From a phage, in NCBI GenBank assembly GCA_024683775.1, contig GCA_024683775.1_4106.1: a stretch of 64,000 nt of DNA. The stretch is one strand, 5' to 3'. The notes under the pieces were generated by a model. It worked only from the letters and a program-made list of their open reading frames with translations, was not told where the DNA came from and did not search any database. Positions 55,457-63,875 of the stretch are shown piece by piece. Each line of letters begins with the position of its first letter. Positions within the stretch are counted from its first letter, which is position 1. A program made the translations under genes and the position numbers.

Positions 55457-55986
55457 AATCCTGAAAGGTTCCATATGGAAATGATTAAAGCCTAATCCAC
55501 TCGAAAAGTAGAGGGTAGATGAGTAGTCCTTTCAGTACGAACAGCAAATGAAACCCGTTAGATGATGGCATAGTTTGAACCACTCACGGCAATGCGGCTG
55601 TATAAAGAACTCCAATAGGATAAAGAGAGTTCCTCGATAGACATATAAGGATCGCACCTTACCAATTATCTAAGGGAGATTTCATGAGAAATTTGCGGTC
55701 GTAATTTATACAATATAGTTGCGTCCAAAATTCGTGAAATCAAATACAAGTACTGGTCATATGGTATTTGTATTATGTGTCGGGATGTTTAAGACCGACG
55801 ACCGTTGCTACAAGAACCGCGATAGAGAGAAACAGAGCAACCCGCTTTCGCCTCGTAAGAGAATTCGTGATATGAACTATGTGAAGGCCACCAGCGTCAA
55901 ACTTTTTGTTCTTTCCCCTGCGGGGGGATGAAATATGCTCAAGCAAACCCCGTCAATATTAATTAAAACAAATCATAGTACTTTCG

Positions 55987-56015
55987 TTGAATTAGACATG
56001 CGAAGCGTGTATAAT
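55987..56015 (+). promoter_or_regulatory. sigma70-like promoter (TTGAAT-17-TATAAT)
   Basis: Hexamers read directly upstream of CDS 56074. Confidence 0.55.
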
Positions 56016-56073
56016 TCGACTGGTGTTGATGAAGTCAACGCCATGTACAGTCATTGATGTTTCCATAGGAATA

Positions 56074-56619
56074 ATGATGTCATTTATTAAAAAATCTAAA
56101 AGCGTCACTTATAAAACACTAGAATTTGTTGATTCAGACAATCAGAACCAAGACCAAGAGAATTTTACTGGTTTTGTTGTGATTAAAGAAAAGGGATGTA
56201 TTTCGTACATCAAAGAGTTGCAGTGCGGTTTTGAATTAACTTCCATTAAGTTATTTCCAACCAAGAAGCCTACAATTCTTAAAGCTCGTTATGGGAACTA
56301 CTACGAAGAGCGTTATAGTAATAATCTAATCAGTGCGAAAGCACATATCGTCAATGGAGAACTAGAAGGAGAATATAGAAAATTCAACCCACAAGGAAAA
56401 TGTGTTTGGGTTAAATACTTCAATTCAGGAAATGATGTAACATCAGAAATTATTGAGTTTTTAGGTTTAACATGTACCCTTGAAACTCTTCATGATTACA
56501 AATTTAATACTGAAGAAGAGTTTAATCTGATGATGCGTTATGGATCACATTTTAAATTTTTATATGAATACAACATTGACAGTAGTACTTTTGATGACAT
56601 AGTACTTAACTGTCTATAA
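56074..56619 (+). CDS. hypothetical protein (181 aa)
   Basis: ORF; SD ATAGGAATA upstream; trimmed from track ORF 56023. Confidence 0.6.
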   Translation: MMSFIKKSKSVTYKTLEFVDSDNQNQDQENFTGFVVIKEKGCISYIKELQCGFELTSIKLFPTKKPTILKARYGNYYEERYSNNLISAKAHIVNGELEGEYRKFNPQGKCVWVKYFNSGNDVTSEIIEFLGLTCTLETLHDYKFNTEEEFNLMMRYGSHFKFLYEYNIDSSTFDDIVLNCL

Positions 56620-56635
56620 TCAAAGGAAATTATGT

Positions 56636-57160
56636 ATGTCGAAGAAGGATGCTTCGAAGAAAAAACAATCAGTACATTTCAGTACTGGAAAAGATAACTG
56701 GACTACTCCAAAGGATTTCTTTGAAGATTTGGATGAACTCTGGGAATTTACACTAGATGCAGCGTGTGTCAAAGAAACTGCATTGTGTGATAAGTTCTTT
56801 ACACCAGAAGACAATTCACTTGAACAGGACTGGGGAAACAATATCGTGTGGCTCAACCCACCGTACAGTGATTTGAAAACGTGGTTATCTAAGGCAGTTG
56901 ATGCATATAACAAAGGTGCTACAGTACTGATTCTCGTACCATCAAGAACTGATACTATAGCCTTTCAGGATTATGCTGCGAAAGTTTGTGATTGTATTTG
57001 TTTTATAAAAGGTCGCTTAAAGTTCGGTATCCCTGAAGAACCAGATAAAAAGACGGACAGTGCACCATTCCCTAGTTGTTTAATAGTACTGGATAAGTAT
57101 TTGACTCCAGCTAAAATCAACTATCTTAAATCTATTGGTCAGGTGATGAAGAACATATGA
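56636..57160 (+). CDS. DNA N6-adenine methyltransferase, phage Dam family (174 aa)
   Basis: Motifs WTTPKDFF, FTLDAAC and NPPY in the arrangement typical of the small phage Dam family; SD AAAGGAAA upstream. Confidence 0.75.
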   Translation: MSKKDASKKKQSVHFSTGKDNWTTPKDFFEDLDELWEFTLDAACVKETALCDKFFTPEDNSLEQDWGNNIVWLNPPYSDLKTWLSKAVDAYNKGATVLILVPSRTDTIAFQDYAAKVCDCICFIKGRLKFGIPEEPDKKTDSAPFPSCLIVLDKYLTPAKINYLKSIGQVMKNI

Positions 57161-57690
57161 AAGAAACATGTATACTATCATTCATGAGATGTAACCCAAT
57201 ACATCACGGACATGGCTTAGTGTTTGAAAAAGCTCAAGCACTACAAGAACAGTACAATGCTGATTTGAAAATATTCCTTAGTACCAGTACTGATGCCGTA
57301 AAAAATCCATTACCTCCTGAACTGAAAATGTACTATACAGAAGGATTTTACCCATCTGTACAAGAAAATATCTATACAGAAGATAATCTGTTTGATATAA
57401 TGAGAGAACTGGATGGAAAGTACTTAGATGTTCTTTTCATATGTGGTTCAGACAGACTTGAACCATTCCAAAAAACGCTTGACACGTACAATGGGAAGTT
57501 ATATAATTTTTGTTCAATCAAGGCAGTTCAAGCTGGAATTGACCGAAATGTAAGTCGCTACAGTTCCACACAGATGCGTGAGTTTGCCAAGAATGAAGAT
57601 TTTAATAGCTTCAGTACTTTTCTACCTGGTAATGATGATGCACTGAAAACTAAACTATTTGAAGATGTAATAAAATACATGAGGAAATAA
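57157..57690 (+). CDS. HxGH-motif nucleotidyltransferase, NMN/NaMN adenylyltransferase-like (177 aa)
   Basis: N-terminal CNPIHHGH (nucleotidyltransferase HxGH) and C-terminal SSTQMR (ISSTxxR-like); ATGA overlap with the methyltransferase gene. Confidence 0.55.
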   Translation: MKETCILSFMRCNPIHHGHGLVFEKAQALQEQYNADLKIFLSTSTDAVKNPLPPELKMYYTEGFYPSVQENIYTEDNLFDIMRELDGKYLDVLFICGSDRLEPFQKTLDTYNGKLYNFCSIKAVQAGIDRNVSRYSSTQMREFAKNEDFNSFSTFLPGNDDALKTKLFEDVIKYMRK

Positions 57691-57692
57691 CT

Positions 57693-57986
57693 ATGTCAGT
57701 ACTGTTTAAAACTAACCCAGTACTTTGGGATCAGAATGAGGATTCGGGTTTCCGTTCAATCCATGTTGAATTCAAAGGTAATACGGTGGTTGCAATCATT
57801 GCAAACAAAACTTTAGGAAACTGGACTGCACAAGTTGTTCCTATGGGATATTCTTATACATCTGATGAAGTTGCGTTTCTGGCTGAATTATATAGTCAAA
57901 CACCATTCATCATCAATGTTCTAGAGCGTAGTGATAAGTTAACACATGACGAAGTAATTGACTTCCTGGCGAACTTACATGTCTGA
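57693..57986 (+). CDS. hypothetical protein (97 aa)
   Basis: ORF 3 nt after previous stop. Confidence 0.6.
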   Translation: MSVLFKTNPVLWDQNEDSGFRSIHVEFKGNTVVAIIANKTLGNWTAQVVPMGYSYTSDEVAFLAELYSQTPFIINVLERSDKLTHDEVIDFLANLHV

Positions 57987-58266
57987 TGATTCGAATCTAA
58001 CAGGTTATTTTTTGCAAGAATCAATGATCAAATTCAGTGAACATTTTCCAGTACTAGATGGTGTGGAGATGTGGCATGTAAAACCACTCTTCCACACTTT
58101 CAGTAAAGAGCACAAAATGTTATTGACTGAGGCTTGTAAATCGAATAAAATATGCCAAATCAAGATTGGTGTAAATGTCTACAAAGGATTAGTCATCTTT
58201 TTTGACAACAACAGCAACTACTTTTATATTGTTAAGGAGCATTACGTTGACAAATACAAATACTAA
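57979..58266 (+). CDS. hypothetical protein (95 aa)
   Basis: ORF overlapping previous stop; trimmed from TTG-start track ORF 57958. Confidence 0.55.
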   Translation: MSDDSNLTGYFLQESMIKFSEHFPVLDGVEMWHVKPLFHTFSKEHKMLLTEACKSNKICQIKIGVNVYKGLVIFFDNNSNYFYIVKEHYVDKYKY

Positions 58267-58861
58267 TACATACTTTCGTTATCTTCGCCTAGGGCTTTCC
58301 CTACGCCCAATCCGTGGTAAGTGTGATTCACTTGCTGATTTGGATTATGCATATGCATTACATTGTGATGGTGTTCAATATGTATTAGGTGACTATGGCA
58401 CATTCGAAGAATCCAATGACAGTTCAGAAATTATTGCTGGTGTTGCTAACCTTAACAACATTGCCAATAGTTCTCGTCATGAAATCGTTCTTGAAATTCA
58501 GAACTTCATTGAGAAAAATACTGGCAAGCGTACATGGTCATATGTCGGTACTGATGCACAAATGTCAATCGCATTTGGTAACGAAGATGGTTATGTAGCA
58601 CAACTTATTATGGATTTTGAATCAGAAGAGAAGTTCCAAGAATACAAAGAAAAAATCATCCAATCCTTATTGCAAATGGGTATTCCTGAAGATCGTATGC
58701 CTGAAATTCAAAGCATTGATGAGTTTGTTCTTATCCCATCTGATGAAAAATATGATGCGATGTTCACAGCACTGAACATTCCTGGTGTAGTGGTTGAGTA
58801 CTTCGATGATGGTGATAGTGACATTTACCTAGATCTCGACGACGATGATGACGATGAATAA
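58202..58861 (+). CDS. hypothetical acidic protein (up to 219 aa; start uncertain)
   Basis: Long ORF with poly-Asp C-terminus; track start is TTG 65 nt inside previous gene; no in-frame ATG until far downstream. Confidence 0.5.
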   Translation: MTTTATTFILLRSITLTNTNTNTYFRYLRLGLSLRPIRGKCDSLADLDYAYALHCDGVQYVLGDYGTFEESNDSSEIIAGVANLNNIANSSRHEIVLEIQNFIEKNTGKRTWSYVGTDAQMSIAFGNEDGYVAQLIMDFESEEKFQEYKEKIIQSLLQMGIPEDRMPEIQSIDEFVLIPSDEKYDAMFTALNIPGVVVEYFDDGDSDIYLDLDDDDDDE

Positions 58862-58867
58862 TACATA

Positions 58868-58896
58868 TAGCCCGACATAAGTTCGGGCTATTTTTG
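58868..58896 (+). terminator. rho-independent terminator
   Basis: Hairpin TAGCCCGAC-ATAAG-TTCGGGCTA followed by TTTTT. Confidence 0.75.
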
Positions 58897-58907
58897 TAAG
58901 GGGAAAT

Positions 58908-59177
58908 ATGAATTACAAACATATACAATTCACTTATATGGAATTATTTAAATTACACCACAATCACCGAAGTACTAACACAATTAATAAAAATGCGTTT
59001 ACCCATAAAATATGGTCAAATTATCTAGAAGAATTACGTGAGTATTTTGTTAATACTGAAATTGTCATTAATGGAAAAAAACGAAAGATACTTAGAGTAG
59101 ATAGTTTCGGTGGTAGATTAGTACTTTCATATAAATTTGATAACGACCTATTCTCTGTGGATTTGGTGAATATATGA
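58908..59177 (+). CDS. family C protein (89 aa)
   Basis: N-terminal motif HIQFTYMELF; SD AAGGGGAAAT upstream. Confidence 0.65.
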   Translation: MNYKHIQFTYMELFKLHHNHRSTNTINKNAFTHKIWSNYLEELREYFVNTEIVINGKKRKILRVDSFGGRLVLSYKFDNDLFSVDLVNI

Positions 59178-59434
59178 ATTATAAAGATTTCCAATTAACA
59201 TTCAAGTGCATTCGTGACCTAGCAAATAAAAATAATAGTATATTTTTAGAAGATACATGTAATGAAATGATTAATACTGTGCGTGAGAGGATTAAAGAAA
59301 AATTCAGTACTGTAATTATTAATAACGATCATGCAGAATTTTCAGATATAATCATTAAGCTCGATGGTAAAGTAGAGGTACAGTTCTACACTGATTTTGG
59401 ATTTACGAGTGTTCCTCTGGAGATATTCCCTTGA
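59174..59434 (+). CDS. family C protein (86 aa)
   Basis: N-terminal motif DFQLTFK; ATGA overlap. Confidence 0.65.
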   Translation: MNYKDFQLTFKCIRDLANKNNSIFLEDTCNEMINTVRERIKEKFSTVIINNDHAEFSDIIIKLDGKVEVQFYTDFGFTSVPLEIFP

Positions 59435-59742
59435 AATTAAATTTGAATGATGTTCAATTCACATATAAAAATATATACGGTTTGTATGACATGTATCTTT
59501 TTAGTGGGAAGATTGGTGAACATGTAGAATCAAAAGAATCACCATTTATTCATAATTACTATGATTACTTAGATTCTATTGCTGAATATATAAAAAAGAA
59601 TTACAGTACTTACACTGATGGCGATGATATATTCGAATATTCAGGTGTCAAATCTTATCAAGGTATTATCCATGTAGAATTTCTTGAAAAAACTGATAGG
59701 GAATTTATGGAGATCAAAGTTTTGAAGTTGACAGACCTATAA
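59431..59742 (+). CDS. family C protein (103 aa)
   Basis: N-terminal motif DVQFTYKNIY; overlap. Confidence 0.65.
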   Translation: MKLNLNDVQFTYKNIYGLYDMYLFSGKIGEHVESKESPFIHNYYDYLDSIAEYIKKNYSTYTDGDDIFEYSGVKSYQGIIHVEFLEKTDREFMEIKVLKLTDL

Positions 59743-59752
59743 GGATTGACAT

Positions 59753-60064
59753 ATGAATCTTAATGATATACAATTCACATACAAATTTTTGTATATCCAA
59801 TACGCTACGGTTGATGCTGGAGAATATCTCTACGGTGAAATCTATCGTTCGGTATGGATAAAGTTTTTGGATGAATTACATGAATATTACCATGATTTGT
59901 GTATAGTTCGTGATAATAAAATATACAAATTCCGCGATATTGTTAGTCATAGCGGTAAGCTACGATTGGAATTAAGTACTGATAGTGATGTTGATTGGAT
60001 TGGTGTAAATTTACTGGAGTTGGAGAATGAAAAACAACTTAAAGGAAATACAAGTATTTTATAA
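59753..60064 (+). CDS. family C protein (103 aa)
   Basis: N-terminal motif DIQFTYKFLY; SD AAGGATTGA upstream. Confidence 0.65.
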   Translation: MNLNDIQFTYKFLYIQYATVDAGEYLYGEIYRSVWIKFLDELHEYYHDLCIVRDNKIYKFRDIVSHSGKLRLELSTDSDVDWIGVNLLELENEKQLKGNTSIL

Positions 60065-60311
60065 ATTCTTATACTTGTCATATGTAAAAGATGAGTACTA
60101 TGAAAGTGTGTATTATTTTTTATGGCAACATTACCGTACTATAGTAAGAGATTTATATATAGGAAAATCTATCATATCCAATGGTGAAAAATGTATATGT
60201 ACTGATGTTGTTAGTTTTAATGGTTCTTTAACACTGTGTTTCAGATGCGATAATAATAGTGGGTCATTTTCATTAAACGTATATCAGTTAGAAGGAATAA
60301 ATTTTGAATAA
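60027..60311 (+). CDS. family C protein (94 aa)
   Basis: N-terminal motif EIQVFYKFLY; SD GGAGTTGGAGA upstream; overlaps previous gene. Confidence 0.6.
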   Translation: MKNNLKEIQVFYKFLYLSYVKDEYYESVYYFLWQHYRTIVRDLYIGKSIISNGEKCICTDVVSFNGSLTLCFRCDNNSGSFSLNVYQLEGINFE

Positions 60312-60504
60312 ATGTCCATATTGCAACAGTACTCAATTAGCTCGTTTCCGTTTAGATTCAGACTGGGCCACTGGTGCTGGTGATTTCTTTCCCATCAATG
60401 ATGATTCGGAATACACTGAAGAACAGCACAAAGATTTCGATAAATCATGGCGACCTGACATTGAGTGCATTTATTGCCTTAATTGTGAGCGTATCCATGA
60501 CTAA
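60304..60504 (+). CDS. zinc-ribbon protein (66 aa)
   Basis: Two CxxC pairs (CPYC ... CLNC) about 45 residues apart. Confidence 0.6.
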   Translation: MNKCPYCNSTQLARFRLDSDWATGAGDFFPINDDSEYTEEQHKDFDKSWRPDIECIYCLNCERIHD

Positions 60505-60760
60505 AGCTGAACTGATCGTGCAAACACTGCGTTTATTGAGGGATTTAGATATCCCACGCATGGATGTGAAACTTGAAGATATCTACATTGAATCTCTTAG
60601 TGAAGATTACACCGATACCGTAATGATGCTGAATGACGTGCTTTATCGTATAGATAGCATCAGTCGTCTTGGAAGTACTTTAAAAGTGAATATGGAAAGA
60701 GTTGATAAACTTTACGTACATATATATAGTCTACCCATTTCAATATTAAACTATAGATGA
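60497..60760 (+). CDS. hypothetical protein (87 aa)
   Basis: ORF overlapping previous stop; trimmed from track ORF 60374. Confidence 0.5.
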   Translation: MTKAELIVQTLRLLRDLDIPRMDVKLEDIYIESLSEDYTDTVMMLNDVLYRIDSISRLGSTLKVNMERVDKLYVHIYSLPISILNYR

Positions 60761-61047
60761 ATATTATATTGATACAAAAAACATATGCTATACTGATGAA
60801 AGAATATGATAAAATTTATGATGAAAAGTGTAGTGCAAGTCATAATATGTATAAATTCATTACTCAAGAGTACAGGGATTATATATATGCTGTGTTAGTG
60901 GGTAGATATTTCAGTACTAGAAAATACCCAAAACTTCAAATAGTTGATGTTTCTTTTTATTTCAATGGTCATATTACTATTCATAGTTTAGACCAAGATT
61001 CAACAACGTACTTAAACTTTTCATTTGATGAGGTAACATTTTTATGA
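60757..61047 (+). CDS. hypothetical protein (96 aa)
   Basis: ORF; ATGA overlap. Confidence 0.6.
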   Translation: MNIILIQKTYAILMKEYDKIYDEKCSASHNMYKFITQEYRDYIYAVLVGRYFSTRKYPKLQIVDVSFYFNGHITIHSLDQDSTTYLNFSFDEVTFL

Positions 61048-61217
61048 GAACAGTATTTTTTATCTGGAGTCTTTTTTCATTGGCAGTACTGACAGCTTCA
61101 GGTGCTTATTCCTTTTTAACAATGAACACATGGTATGTTAATTTACTATTCCCAATTGTTGGTGTTGGTTTAGGATTTACTTTACATAGTGTTTGTAAGG
61201 ATTTTAATGGCAAATAA
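61044..61217 (+). CDS. small membrane protein (57 aa, two hydrophobic segments)
   Basis: ORF not in track; ATGA overlap with previous stop. Confidence 0.45.
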   Translation: MRTVFFIWSLFSLAVLTASGAYSFLTMNTWYVNLLFPIVGVGLGFTLHSVCKDFNGK

Positions 61218-61491
61218 ATCGAATGAAGTACTTGTTGCTGAAACAATGAAGATGGTTTATGCCATAACAACTAGTAATGATTTGTCTTACCCAATTAAGT
61301 CCAAGTTGAGGGATATAACTCTTCAGGTTATACAGCAGTACTACAAATCTAAACACAAAAGTATTATTAGTGTTTATCGTGATTATGAAAGGATTCGTAT
61401 TCTGTTCTGGAACAAGAACCGAGTTCGTGAGGAATGTGATATAGAGAACTTTAAATTTGAGAATCTTTATTGTTACAAAGCGGGACAATAG
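61207..61491 (+). CDS. hypothetical protein (94 aa)
   Basis: ORF; SD TAAGGA upstream; trimmed from track ORF 61189. Confidence 0.55.
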   Translation: MANKSNEVLVAETMKMVYAITTSNDLSYPIKSKLRDITLQVIQQYYKSKHKSIISVYRDYERIRILFWNKNRVREECDIENFKFENLYCYKAGQ

Positions 61492-61549
61492 CTCAAGTAG
61501 TGATATAATATTGGATGAGGAACAATAACTAACACAAGGAGTGTGTAAA

Positions 61550-62278
61550 GTGCTTGACCGTATCCGTTTCGCTACAGAGATGGCGAATGAATTAAACATG
61601 GCAAATTTTCAAATGTTAACATCAGTGATGGCTGAACATGCATGTGCTTATTCTGTAAGTGGTGTGCAGTGCGGTCAGGAGAATATGTTAGCAGATGTAT
61701 ATAGCGAAGTTCAAAGTAAACAATACAGTGTAAAGACGTACAAGGATAAGTTCGTTAGTCTTTATATGAATGAAGACATTGCAGAAGACCGCAAATATAC
61801 TGATTTTATTATTGAACGAAGAGTATCAGGTGTATCCAACCCAAATGCTGACAGTACTACAGTATTTGAAGAAGTACTTCAAGATATATATGAAAATGAA
61901 TTGAAAAGTAAGAATCATTACAATGTACGTGAAACTAACACAGTGCTCTTGGGATATGATGAAGACGATCAATATTATTATTTCCGTATGACTGAAGTTC
62001 CTTTTGAATATAAATCACCAAGTACTACTGCTGTAAAAGAATTTACCGAGAAAAGCAAGAACTACAAGAAACATGAAGGCAACCGTTGTAGTATAAATGG
62101 TTATAATGAAGATGGTGTTCATATATATGAATGGGTTCATCCTAATTGCCAGACATATACCCGTTGCTTGAAGAAACGTTATAATTTAGAAGACAATGAA
62201 TCCTTCTACTTTAAAGTTAAGAAACAAGGCTATACTCGCCCTGAAGATTCAGAATTGATGGGTATGGTATATTTCTAA
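61550..62278 (+). CDS. hypothetical protein (242 aa; probable GTG start)
   Basis: Long ORF; SD AAGGAG 8 nt before GTG at 61550; first in-frame ATG only at 61583. Confidence 0.6.
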   Translation: MLDRIRFATEMANELNMANFQMLTSVMAEHACAYSVSGVQCGQENMLADVYSEVQSKQYSVKTYKDKFVSLYMNEDIAEDRKYTDFIIERRVSGVSNPNADSTTVFEEVLQDIYENELKSKNHYNVRETNTVLLGYDEDDQYYYFRMTEVPFEYKSPSTTAVKEFTEKSKNYKKHEGNRCSINGYNEDGVHIYEWVHPNCQTYTRCLKKRYNLEDNESFYFKVKKQGYTRPEDSELMGMVYF

Positions 62279-62287
62279 GGAACTGTT

Positions 62288-62569
62288 ATGGATTTTTACC
62301 TACACACATGGTCATACGAACAATACATTACATTATATCTTGAGATTATTAATACTGATCCCAGATATGGTTGTGATTTTGCTGATATTATAAAAGAGTA
62401 TGCAGATGAGTTTGAGTTTGTATATCTTGGCTCTGACCTATTCGTGAAGAGTGTAGGTAAAACCGGACGCATCACTGAGATTGATTATGATACTGTTAGT
62501 GTGAATTTCTATGTTGATTTTCCTTGTGATGGCGTTGATGGTGTATATTGTCTATATGAAATAATTTAA
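62288..62569 (+). CDS. hypothetical protein (93 aa)
   Basis: ORF; SD TAAGGAA upstream; terminator downstream. Confidence 0.65.
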   Translation: MDFYLHTWSYEQYITLYLEIINTDPRYGCDFADIIKEYADEFEFVYLGSDLFVKSVGKTGRITEIDYDTVSVNFYVDFPCDGVDGVYCLYEII

Positions 62570-62576
62570 ATTTTGA

Positions 62577-62600
62577 GGCCAGCGTTTGCTGGTCTTTTTT
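62577..62600 (+). terminator. rho-independent terminator
   Basis: Hairpin GGCCAGC-GTTT-GCTGGTC followed by TTTTTT. Confidence 0.7.
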
Positions 62601-62613
62601 CGCAGGTACAAAG

Positions 62614-62916
62614 ATGATTAGTATAGATTTAATTAACAGTACTATAAAGTTGTTGGCTGATGTAGTGAGAGAATCCAATGGAACTGTATACACATCAATG
62701 TATAAAATCTTTGAACGATACATCAAGGATTGTAATATATCCTTATATGGACTGGCTGTTGATATAGACGACCACTATGAAATTAATACTTCATATAAAA
62801 CTGGAATGTTAATTGGTATTAATATAAAGATGGGATATTTTCCTTATTACTGTATAGGATTACCAGATAGTACTATGGTAGATTACCCAGCCAGTACTAT
62901 TAAACTAAGAGGATAG
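62614..62916 (+). CDS. hypothetical protein (100 aa)
   Basis: ORF after terminator; SD-like CAGG upstream. Confidence 0.55.
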   Translation: MISIDLINSTIKLLADVVRESNGTVYTSMYKIFERYIKDCNISLYGLAVDIDDHYEINTSYKTGMLIGINIKMGYFPYYCIGLPDSTMVDYPASTIKLRG

Positions 62917-62920
62917 AATT

Positions 62921-63610
62921 TTGATTAAAGATTTAGATAGAATTTTATATGTACTGAGGGGTGTAATTACATTACAACCACAGGTTAATCGTATGGAGAG
63001 AGCCTTTGAATTAAAATCAAGAGAAACTCCATATTCACATATATCAAATGTAGTTGGATCATTCAGTGCTGAAGACTCGCCTTATGATATTTGTGTATGT
63101 GAAGTACAGCCAAGTTCGGATCTTGGATTTGCTATTTTTGATAAAAATCAAAATCTAATTAGTATGTTTCAGTGCAATAATCCTTTTTGGAAAACATGCC
63201 TGTATCCAGAGTGGGCTATGCTTGATCCAACCAAGAGTTCCATTAAAGTATATGACTCTAAAAATGATGAAGTCGTTATTGATTTGGATGAGTCAATGTC
63301 AGAGGAAGAACACTTTCAGCTAATGATGATGCGTGCTATGCCTGAATACAATGCAATGATTAACACTGTGCAATACATTAAGGATACCATGCCATCGTTG
63401 CGTACACATGAGTTTTGTCATCCGGTATTGTATGAACATTTGGATTTAGATTTCAGTACTATTAAATTTAAAGATAATGTTATTAATTACATTCAAGAGA
63501 ATGTTAAATTTGATTTTATTAGTACAATGACAAATAATCCAAATACTAATTTCAGGCATCAGTACAATGAATCTTTGTCTGGTGGTCGTGATACAACTTG
63601 GTGGAAATAA
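62921..63610 (+). CDS. hypothetical protein (229 aa) with family B-like motif
   Basis: Long ORF; motif EEEHFQLMMMRA resembles the family B core. Confidence 0.6.
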   Translation: MIKDLDRILYVLRGVITLQPQVNRMERAFELKSRETPYSHISNVVGSFSAEDSPYDICVCEVQPSSDLGFAIFDKNQNLISMFQCNNPFWKTCLYPEWAMLDPTKSSIKVYDSKNDEVVIDLDESMSEEEHFQLMMMRAMPEYNAMINTVQYIKDTMPSLRTHEFCHPVLYEHLDLDFSTIKFKDNVINYIQENVKFDFISTMTNNPNTNFRHQYNESLSGGRDTTWWK

Positions 63611-63611
63611 T

Positions 63612-63875
63612 ATGAATATCCAAGATAGATTGCAATTGTTGCACACACTTGAAGAAGCTGCTTTTGAACTTGTTAATAAAATTGCACAAGAACTCCCAAA
63701 AGGAACCAAAGTTCGTGTTCGTGAAATGGATTATTTAACGGGAAAAATTGATGAAAAAGTTCTAACAGTGATCAAAGTAACATACTATGAATCAGAGTTA
63801 TCAATTCAATGTAATTCAGATAATGGTTACGTTTCCTACTATGGCACAGATGTAGATATAGAGGTAATAAAATGA
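63612..63875 (+). CDS. hypothetical protein (87 aa)
   Basis: ORF 1 nt after previous stop; SD TGGTGGAAATA upstream; trimmed from track ORF 63567. Confidence 0.6.
   Translation: MNIQDRLQLLHTLEEAAFELVNKIAQELPKGTKVRVREMDYLTGKIDEKVLTVIKVTYYESELSIQCNSDNGYVSYYGTDVDIEVIK

Noticed and set aside
55719-55931. 70-aa ORF inside the GC-richer island
   Set aside because: No SD, atypical composition and Arg/Pro-rich low-complexity translation; kept only as part of the non-coding island finding.
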